Assembly: GCA_027038295.1 (NCBI GenBank)
Contig: JALVXD010000216.1
Span: 14,804-78,803, forward strand
Source: Campylobacteraceae bacterium
Lineage (GTDB): Bacteria; Campylobacterota; Campylobacteria; Campylobacterales; Sulfurovaceae
Length of the DNA stretch: 64,000 nucleotides
Direction of reading: 5' to 3'
Shown here: piece after piece, positions 56,866 through 64,000 of the stretch
Layout: the number at the start of each line of letters is the position of its first letter
How positions within the stretch are numbered: position 1 is the stretch's first letter
Program-made: the position numbers and the translations under genes
The notes under the pieces: generated by a model
Seen by the model: only the letters and a program-made list of their open reading frames with translations
What the model was told of the DNA's origin: nothing
Database searches by the model: none

Positions 56866-58683
56866 TTATTTACTATTTTTCTTGTCTCTAGCAGCTCTTT
56901 TACGTACAACTGGGTCAAGAGATTTTTTACGAATTCTTATAGATATAGGTGTAATCTCAATAAGCTCATCATCTTCAATCCACTCCATTGCAGAGTCAAG
57001 TGTAATCTCTCTAGGCTTAACAAGTTTAACAGCTTCATCTGTACCTGAAGTTCTCATGTTGGTCAATGCTTTCCCTTTAAGTGGGTTAACATCAAGGTCA
57101 CCAGGTCTTGCTGACTCACCAATAACCATTCCTGAGTAAACTTTTTCTTGTGCAGAAATAAACATAATACCACGTGCTTGAAGGTTAAAGATAGAGAAAG
57201 CAACGGCTTCACCATCATCCATAGAAACCAATGCTCCTGGAGTTCTTGATTCAACACTACCAGAGTATGCTCTGTATTCTAAGTAAGAGTGATTCATGAT
57301 ACCTTCACCTTTAGTGTCGGTAAGGAACTCATTTCTAAACCCAATAAGACCACGTGCAGGAATTTCAAACTCTAATCTTACTGTACCATCTGGCATTGGG
57401 TTAAGAGAAGTCATGTTCGCTTTTCTTTTTCCAAGTTTCTCAATAGCAACCCCTTGGAACTCTTCTGGAACATCAACAACTAAATGTTCAAATGGCTCCA
57501 TTTTAACACCATTCTCTTCTTTAGTTACAACTTCTGGACGAGCCAACATAAACTCGAAACCTTCACGTCTCATGTTTTCAGCCAAAATACCAATTTGAAG
57601 TTCACCCCTACCTGATACTTTAAATGAAGCATCATCCATTGGCTCCATTCTCATTGCGATGTTTGTCTCCATCTCTTTTTCAAGACGCTCTCTAATTTTA
57701 TTAGAAGTTACGTGTTTACCTTCTTGTCCAGCTAATGGTCCGTTATTTACAGACATAATAACTGAAAGTGTAGGCTCTTCAACGTGCATTGGGTCAAGTG
57801 CTACAGGATTTGATTTATCACAAACAGAATCTCCAACATCAATATCTGAAAAACCAGCGATGGCTACAATATCTCCTGCTTCTGCCTCTTCAATATCAAT
57901 TCTATCAAGACCTTTAAACCCAATAAGTTTAGAAACTCTTGATTTAGATTTAGAACCATCTGCTTTCACAAGTAGATACTCATCACCTTTTTTAATTTTA
58001 CCATTAAAAATACGTGTAATACCAATACGACCAACAAAGTTATCAGAGTCAAGTGTAAATACTTGTGCCTGAGTATCGTTATCTGGTGAACCTTTTGGGT
58101 AAGGAACATGTTCAATAATTGCATCAAAAAGAGGAACCATGTCTTTATTTTCATCTTCCATCTCATGTTTTGCATAACCATCTCTAGCTGCTGCATATAA
58201 AACAGGGAATTCAAGTTGATCTTCATTCGCATCGAGTGCAACCAGAAGGTCAAAAACTTCGTCCATAACTCTATCGGGGTCTGAACCTTCTTTATCAATT
58301 TTATTAATAACAACTACAGGAATAAGTCCAAAACCAATCGCTTTTTTCAAAACAAATTTGGTTTGAGGCATAACACCTTCTTGTGCATCTACAAGTAACA
58401 ATACGCCATCTACCATTTTAAGCACACGCTCAACTTCACCACCAAAATCGGCGTGACCAGGAGTGTCAATAATATTAATCTTATGGTCACCATAAGTAAT
58501 GGCTGTATTTTTAGAAAGAATGGTAATTCCTCTTTCCATTTCAATTTCGTTAGAGTCCATGGCTCTCTCTTGCACCTCTTCGTGTGCAGCGTAAGTTCCA
58601 GACTGTTGAAGAAGTTGGTCAACAAGCGTTGTTTTTCCGTGATCAACGTGAGCGATTACGGCGATATTTTTGATTTTTTGCAT
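56866..58683 (-). CDS. typA: translational GTPase TypA/BipA
   Basis: [45 protein letters not shown]. Confidence 0.98.
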   Translation of the reverse strand: MQKIKNIAVIAHVDHGKTTLVDQLLQQSGTYAAHEEVQERAMDSNEIEMERGITILSKNTAITYGDHKINIIDTPGHADFGGEVERVLKMVDGVLLLVDAQEGVMPQTKFVLKKAIGFGLIPVVVINKIDKEGSDPDRVMDEVFDLLVALDANEDQLEFPVLYAAARDGYAKHEMEDENKDMVPLFDAIIEHVPYPKGSPDNDTQAQVFTLDSDNFVGRIGITRIFNGKIKKGDEYLLVKADGSKSKSRVSKLIGFKGLDRIDIEEAEAGDIVAIAGFSDIDVGDSVCDKSNPVALDPMHVEEPTLSVIMSVNNGPLAGQEGKHVTSNKIRERLEKEMETNIAMRMEPMDDASFKVSGRGELQIGILAENMRREGFEFMLARPEVVTKEENGVKMEPFEHLVVDVPEEFQGVAIEKLGKRKANMTSLNPMPDGTVRLEFEIPARGLIGFRNEFLTDTKGEGIMNHSYLEYRAYSGSVESRTPGALVSMDDGEAVAFSIFNLQARGIMFISAQEKVYSGMVIGESARPGDLDVNPLKGKALTNMRTSGTDEAVKLVKPREITLDSAMEWIEDDELIEITPISIRIRKKSLDPVVRKRAARDKKNSK

Positions 58684-58954
58684 TCGTAAGATTCCTATAC
58701 TATAAATAATTACGCGAATTATATCGAAAATATATTATAACTGGCTCTTTTTAAAAATTTAAGTTTAATTTATAACATTTCACTCACACTAAAAAATATT
58801 TTTTATATAAACTATGATTTACAATAAAAAACAAAATCAAACAAATATTAAATTTTTCTTAAATTTTAAATTAATTTATTAAGTTTTAAAGAGTTTCATA
58901 ACAAATTTTATGCTATAATCAATTATATTTTACTATATTAAGGAGATTTCGATT

Positions 58955-59620
58955 ATGAAATTAAAAAATTCGATTGTAGCAATTATTGCTTTGTCAAGTA
59001 TGAGTTTTGCTGGTGGAGATATTATAGAGCCAGTATTTGAACAAGAAACTGTAGAAGTTCCTGTAGAACCAGTAGTGGTTCCAGCACCAGCACCAGCACC
59101 TGCACCAGTTGTAAAAGCTGCACCTGTTGTAGTTGCACCTGTTGTAGCTGAAGCATTAGGTCTTTACATTGCTGGAGGTATCACAGATATCGCTGCAAGA
59201 GGTAACGATGATAGAGCTAACCTTTTCTCAGACGAAGATAACCAAGATAGACAACTCGGTTTCACAGGTAGATTAGGTTATGACTTTATGGATAACTTAG
59301 GTGCTGAATTAAGAGGTACTATTGGTGTTTCAGAAGAAAACAATGGAGTTGATAGCTTTCAACAAATTGGTGCTTACTTAAAGCCAAACTATGATGTTAC
59401 AGATACTCTTAACCTTTATGGTTTAGTTGGTGCTTCTAGTGCAAACCTTGCAAATCCAACAGATATGAGTAGTAGTGAAACTGGTCTATCTTATGGGTTA
59501 GGTTTAGACTACTCTGTATCTGATTCAATCTCTGTATTTACAGATGTTGTTAACTACATGAAAAAATCAGATACTAACTCTTTATGGGGTCTTACTGTTG
59601 GTGCTGGTTACCAATTCTAA
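58955..59620 (+). CDS. outer-membrane beta-barrel (OmpA-TM-like/porin family) protein with Pro/Ala/Val linker
   Basis: Signal peptide plus AGGDI, PAPAPAPAP linker, eight-stranded barrel pattern, terminal GAGYQF. Confidence 0.85.
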   Translation: MKLKNSIVAIIALSSMSFAGGDIIEPVFEQETVEVPVEPVVVPAPAPAPAPVVKAAPVVVAPVVAEALGLYIAGGITDIAARGNDDRANLFSDEDNQDRQLGFTGRLGYDFMDNLGAELRGTIGVSEENNGVDSFQQIGAYLKPNYDVTDTLNLYGLVGASSANLANPTDMSSSETGLSYGLGLDYSVSDSISVFTDVVNYMKKSDTNSLWGLTVGAGYQF

Positions 59621-59632
59621 GATTTTCTGAAA

Positions 59633-59666
59633 ATTACAACCTTTTTTAAAGGTTGTAATCTCTTTT
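59633..59666 (+). terminator. rho-independent terminator
   Basis: ATTACAACCT...AGGTTGTAAT hairpin followed by ctctttt. Confidence 0.7.
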
Positions 59667-59753
59667 CCTCTACTCTTATGCTAAAATATCTCTAAAAATT
59701 ATATAATAATTAAGTTTTTATATATATTTTAAAACTTATTGGGAGATACAGAT

Positions 59754-61367
59754 ATGAAATATTTACTACTACTTAGCATTATGCTATCAGCACTCTATTC
59801 AACACAATTAGATAATAGGCTAAATTCTATTATAAACAGTGACCCCTACCAACTTTCACAAAATAGTAGTGAAAGAAATATTATACGACAACTCTATAGC
59901 CTTAATCAAAATAAACCATTATGGATAGGACATGCTCGTAATCTTAATACATTAAGAGAAGCACTACAAGACCCTTATTTTAATTATAAATCTAAAGATT
60001 TACAGCAAAATAATATAGAACAATATACCTATCTTCTTAATGATAATATGGACTTAAACACCAATGCTAATGATTTGGCTACTCTTGATATTTTATTAAC
60101 TCGTGCCTATGTAGGTTTAGCAAATTTTATTGTACAGTCAGATACAAACTGGGATATGGTACAAGATAAAATTAAAGCTCTAAAAGAGTCAAAAGACATT
60201 ACAGCAAACTGGGAGATGGTACGCAAAACTTCACCATCTGCTTCAAGACTTTTTTCTGCTATTACCAGTGAAAATATTTATGATTTTTTCAAATCTATCA
60301 CAGCACTACCAAAACTTCATCAAGACCTAATAGAATCGTTACAGTTTTATAAAAGTCTTGGTAGTTTACCACGTATTAAATATGCTAAAGACCTAAGATT
60401 TGGAGATCAATATCCATACATATCTGATATTAAACAAAGACTTATTATGACGGGTGATTTAAGAAACAGAAATAACACTTCGGATATATTTGATAGGGAG
60501 TTACTAAATGCACTGCGTAGCTATAAAGATCGTTTTAAACTAACACAAAACAATACTATTGATAAAATTACTGTCTATTACATGAATAAACCAATGAGTG
60601 AACATGTTCAAAGTATTCTTACCAATTTAGATAAGTTAAAAGTATTCCCTGATAAATTTCCAAATGAGTACATTAGAGTAAATCTTGCAGATTTTACCAT
60701 GGACTATATCAGACATGGAGAATCAATTCTTCACATGAATGCTGTTGTAGGTAGAGATGTTAGACCAACACCTATCTTCTCTTCTTACATGAAATACCTT
60801 GTATTGAATCCAACTTGGAACATTCCTGATAACTTGGTTCGTAGAGATTTAATACCAGCACTACAAGAACATCCTGACTATTTAACTGAACATAATATTC
60901 ATGCATTTAAAGGATGGAAAAATAAGAAAGAGATTAAAAATTTTACGGTAGACAAACTATTACCATATAAAGATGGTGGTAGCATCCCTTACCGTTTTGT
61001 TCAGTATCCAGGGGATGATAATGCACTAGGACGTGTGAAGTTTATGTTCCCTAATAAATACTCTGTTTATCTACATGATACAGACAACAAATCACTCTTT
61101 TCACGTCGTTACCGTGTTTACAGCTCTGGTTGTATGCGTCTCGAGAAACCTTTTGAACTGCTAGAGGTATTAAAATCTCGTCTTAAAGCATCAGATGTTA
61201 GAAATATTGATAAGTATCGTAATACTCTAAAGACAGTAACATTAAATCTTACTAAGCCTCTACCTGTTCATACTACCTACTTTACAGTATTTAGACAAAA
61301 TGGTCTTACAAACTTTAGAAAAGATGTATATGAGTACGATAAATTTATTCAGACTTCTCAAAAATAA
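59754..61367 (+). CDS. L,D-transpeptidase (YcbB/LdtD-like) with scaffold and PG-binding domains
   Basis: NPTWNIP, FVQYPGDDNALGRVKFMFPN, VYLHDT, SSGCMRL; start at MKYLLL (59754). Confidence 0.92.
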   Translation: MKYLLLLSIMLSALYSTQLDNRLNSIINSDPYQLSQNSSERNIIRQLYSLNQNKPLWIGHARNLNTLREALQDPYFNYKSKDLQQNNIEQYTYLLNDNMDLNTNANDLATLDILLTRAYVGLANFIVQSDTNWDMVQDKIKALKESKDITANWEMVRKTSPSASRLFSAITSENIYDFFKSITALPKLHQDLIESLQFYKSLGSLPRIKYAKDLRFGDQYPYISDIKQRLIMTGDLRNRNNTSDIFDRELLNALRSYKDRFKLTQNNTIDKITVYYMNKPMSEHVQSILTNLDKLKVFPDKFPNEYIRVNLADFTMDYIRHGESILHMNAVVGRDVRPTPIFSSYMKYLVLNPTWNIPDNLVRRDLIPALQEHPDYLTEHNIHAFKGWKNKKEIKNFTVDKLLPYKDGGSIPYRFVQYPGDDNALGRVKFMFPNKYSVYLHDTDNKSLFSRRYRVYSSGCMRLEKPFELLEVLKSRLKASDVRNIDKYRNTLKTVTLNLTKPLPVHTTYFTVFRQNGLTNFRKDVYEYDKFIQTSQK

Positions 61368-61373
61368 TTAAAT

Positions 61374-61394
61374 GGTCGGTTACTCCGACCCTAT
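61374..61394 (-). repeat. solitary REP-like hairpin (ATAG-GGTCGG-agtaa-CCGACC) between convergent genes, probable bidirectional terminator
   Basis: 6-bp GC stem directly after the ruvC stop, preceded by an xTAG tetranucleotide as in the other REPs. Confidence 0.6.
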
Positions 61395-61873
61395 AAAACC
61401 CCTGAAAACTTAACCCTTTGAGCATGAGTAATGGCAATTGCCATTGCATCTGTGATATCCAAGGGTTTGATCTCCTTTTTTATCTTTAATAAACGTTTCA
61501 CCATAAAGGCAACCTGTTCTTTTGTTGCCTTACCGTTACCTGTAATCGCTTTTTTTACCTGTAAGGGAGTATATTCTGAATAATTTCCAACAGATAAAAG
61601 TATTTTAAAACTTAAAGCTCCACGAAACTGTGCTAACTTAAGAACAGTCTTAGGATTATGAGCATAAAATATATCCTCTATCGCAACTTCATCAATCTTA
61701 TGAGCATCGAATATAGCGTCAATACCTGCACTCATTTCTAAAATTTGCTCTTTTAATATATTTTTTTTAAATTTAAGTATTCCTGCTTCTACAAGTCTAT
61801 ACTTTTCACTACTTAAATCAAGTATGCAATAGCCTAAAATACGAGTCCCTGGGTCAATTCCTAAAATTTTCAT
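61391..61873 (-). CDS. ruvC: crossover junction endodeoxyribonuclease RuvC
   Basis: [47 protein letters not shown]. Confidence 0.97.
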   Translation of the reverse strand: MKILGIDPGTRILGYCILDLSSEKYRLVEAGILKFKKNILKEQILEMSAGIDAIFDAHKIDEVAIEDIFYAHNPKTVLKLAQFRGALSFKILLSVGNYSEYTPLQVKKAITGNGKATKEQVAFMVKRLLKIKKEIKPLDITDAMAIAITHAQRVKFSGVL

Positions 61874-61968
61874 TCACACCTTTATTCACAGTGTGAATAT
61901 CTTTATCACACCTTCTTTTAAACCTATATTTTAGCCAATTTTAGCTAATATTCAAATAGTTATTCACA
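61870..61968. other. oriC1 (DnaA-box cluster upstream of dnaA)
   Basis: TCATTCACA 61870-78, TTATTCACA 61882-90, TGTGAATAT 61892-900, TTTATCACA 61902-10, TTATTCACA 61960-68; ruvC-dnaA intergenic position typical of Campylobacterota bipartite origins. Confidence 0.85.
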
Positions 61969-61986
61969 TTAAGATTAAGGAGCTTT

Positions 61987-63324
61987 ATGAACATTGGAAA
62001 TAAAGTACTGAAAAAACTTCAACAAGAGATAAGTAATAAGGCTTGGACACGATATATTAAAAATTTAAGTTATGATGAATCAGCTTCAAGATCAAATGTA
62101 GCACAATTTTATGCCCCCAACATACTTCTTGCTAAATGGATTAAAACCAAATATCAAAATAAAATTGCACATCTATTTGAAATAGAGAATAATTTACGTC
62201 ATAATGTTATTATCTCGGTAGGAAAAGTCAAAAAAACAGCGTCAAGTAGTCAAAAAGTTCAAACCAACTGTGAACAAAAAAATCAAACAAGAAGTACCAT
62301 ACTAAACCCATCATTCACTTTTGATAGTTTTATTGTAGGAGGTTCCAACCAATTTGCTTACACCACAGCAAAATCAGTAGCAGAGAAACCTGGTGCCTTA
62401 TATAATCCTCTTTTCCTTTATGGTGGTGTTGGTCTAGGAAAAACTCACCTTATTCAAGCCATAGGAAACCATCAAATAGCTGCAGGAAAGAAAGTTATAT
62501 ATACAACGTTTGAACAATTTATGAACAAGTTCACCTCTCATTTACGTTCTCAAACCATGGACAGATTTCGTGACCATTTTAGAGAATGTGATGTACTACT
62601 CATAGATGATATTCAGTTTCTTAGCCGAAAAGAGCAAACCCAAGAGGAGTTCTTTCACACCTTCAACGAACTGCATCAAGCAAAAAAACAGATTGTCATC
62701 ACATCAGATAGACAACCCAGTAAAATAGCTGGACTAGTAGATAGATTGCGAAGTAGATTTGAATGGGGTCTCATGGCTGATATTCAACCCCCTGGACTTG
62801 AAACAAAAATTGCCATTATTCAAAAGAAGTGTGAAATAGATGGTATCACACTCAATCAAGATATTATTAACTTCATTGCTTCAAATATGGGTAACAATAT
62901 ACGTGAAATAGAAGGTGTAATTATAAAACTTAATGCTTATTCAGGACTAATGAACCAAAAACTCACATTAGAATTTGCACAAAATGTGATTAAAGACCAA
63001 CTTACTGAAAAACAAGCCAATATTACTATTGATGACATTGTTAAACATATCTCAAAAGAACTCAATGTCAAACTATCTGATATAAAATCTAAAAAAAGAA
63101 CCAAAGATGTGGTTAATGCACGACGTATTTCCATCTATCTTACAAGAAAACTTACACCCCACTCCATGCCACAAATCGCTGTATATTTTGGAATGAAAGA
63201 CCATACTGCTGTCAGTCATGCCATGAAAAAAATCAATGAAACCATAAATGAAAATGAAAACTTTAAAGTCTTATTAGAAGAATTTGCAAATAATATAAAT
63301 GAAAACTCTGCAAAAAGTGATTAA
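61987..63324 (+). CDS. dnaA: chromosomal replication initiator DnaA
   Basis: YNPLFLYGGVGLGKTHL, LLIDDIQF, RLRSRFEWG, NIREIEG, KDHTAVSHA. Confidence 0.98.
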   Translation: MNIGNKVLKKLQQEISNKAWTRYIKNLSYDESASRSNVAQFYAPNILLAKWIKTKYQNKIAHLFEIENNLRHNVIISVGKVKKTASSSQKVQTNCEQKNQTRSTILNPSFTFDSFIVGGSNQFAYTTAKSVAEKPGALYNPLFLYGGVGLGKTHLIQAIGNHQIAAGKKVIYTTFEQFMNKFTSHLRSQTMDRFRDHFRECDVLLIDDIQFLSRKEQTQEEFFHTFNELHQAKKQIVITSDRQPSKIAGLVDRLRSRFEWGLMADIQPPGLETKIAIIQKKCEIDGITLNQDIINFIASNMGNNIREIEGVIIKLNAYSGLMNQKLTLEFAQNVIKDQLTEKQANITIDDIVKHISKELNVKLSDIKSKKRTKDVVNARRISIYLTRKLTPHSMPQIAVYFGMKDHTAVSHAMKKINETINENENFKVLLEEFANNINENSAKSD

Positions 63325-63512
63325 TTTTACTAAAGATATACTAAAAAAAGATATAATACAAAAAGTGAAAATATGTGAAAAAGTTAAAAGTTAAAAGTTA
63401 AAAGAGAATGCTCAAATCATTAGCTTTAAAATAGTTTTTCACATTTTCAACAAGAACTACTACTACCACTACTTATTTAAGTAAATATAGAGTAAAAAAA
63501 TAGGGAGATAAA
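63325..63512. other. oriC2 / DNA-unwinding region between dnaA and dnaN
   Basis: DnaA boxes TGTGAAAAA (63374-82) and TTTTTCACA (63435-43); (ACT)n run 63456-63473, i.e. TAG trinucleotide DnaA-trios on the lower strand; AT-rich flank. Confidence 0.82.
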
Positions 63513-64000
63513 ATGAAAATTCGTGTTACAAAACCACTTATAGAATCTATACTAATTAATTTGCAACCTTTTTTAGAGAAAAAAGATGCAAGTCAAATTA
63601 CTTCTCATATCTATTTTAAAGCTCAAAATGACAGTTGTACAATAAAAGCAACTGATGGAGAGATAGGATTAGTTATAAAAAGCAATAATATAATTATTGA
63701 AGAAGAAGGTGCTTTCACTGCAAATGGAAAAAATCTTTTAGATTATATAAGAATGTTAAATGATGAAATTATTTTAGAAGTAGTTGAAAACAATTTAATT
63801 ATAAAGCAAAATAGAACCAAGTATAAACTCCCGACTTTTAATTTTAATAATTTTCCAACATTTCCTGTAATTGAAGATAAACCTAAAATATTTTTAGATT
63901 CTATAAATCTTATTCAAGGATTTAGAAAAATATCATCAGCCATTGATAATAACAATCCAAAATTTGAACTAAATGGAGCACTTTTAGATATTAAGAGCAC
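63513..64000 (+). CDS. dnaN: DNA polymerase III beta sliding clamp (partial, runs off the window)
   Basis: My translation MKIRVTKPLIESILINLQPFLEKKDASQITSHIY...IKATDGEIG...FPTFP...NNPKFELNGALL; GGGAG RBS; position after dnaA. Absent from the ORF track because it is truncated. Confidence 0.95.
   Translation, partial: MKIRVTKPLIESILINLQPFLEKKDASQITSHIYFKAQNDSCTIKATDGEIGLVIKSNNIIIEEEGAFTANGKNLLDYIRMLNDEIILEVVENNLIIKQNRTKYKLPTFNFNNFPTFPVIEDKPKIFLDSINLIQGFRKISSAIDNNNPKFELNGALLDIKS

Noticed and set aside
59081-59150. CCAGCA and GCACCTGTTGTA short tandem repeats in the porin gene
   Set aside because: They encode an ordinary in-frame Pro/Ala/Val linker with synonymous variation; not a phase-variation tract.

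Overview
This is a 64 kb AT-rich chromosomal segment from a Campylobacterota (epsilonproteobacterial) genome, inferred to be Sulfurovum-like from gene content and order. It ends at the replication origin: ruvC, a DnaA-box cluster, dnaA, a DnaA-box/DnaA-trio region, then a partial dnaN. The backbone is housekeeping: selD-mnmH, nrdB, tamAB, tRNA-Val(GAC), nifSU, dapF, glmM-lspA, thrS-infC, coaE, modABC, rarA, typA and two L,D-transpeptidases. It also holds a split type II secretion cluster (gspK-L-M-N-C-D-E-J on the minus strand, gspG-H-I on the plus strand; no gspF or prepilin peptidase in the window). The most interesting accessory features are: (1) a cytoplasmic two-gene protease module, a metacaspase followed by a papain-like C1 peptidase fused to an alpha/beta-hydrolase; (2) an exosortase-H-like gene next to the T2SS, convergent with an endonuclease I that carries an internal sorting-signal-like helix and a ricin-B domain; (3) a collapsed ATPase-HNH (Septu-like) defence remnant inside the mod operon, bracketed by GTAG-type REPIN elements, of which two families are present; (4) a yefM-yoeB cassette with an IS982-like remnant between exact 35-bp direct repeats; (5) a candidate tRNA-Thr anticodon-mimic hairpin in the thrS leader; (6) two small ORFs missing from the ORF track and a long palindrome abutting the tRNA CCA end. 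No CRISPR array, rRNA, integrase or prophage was seen. All family assignments come from motif recognition by eye; no database searches were run.
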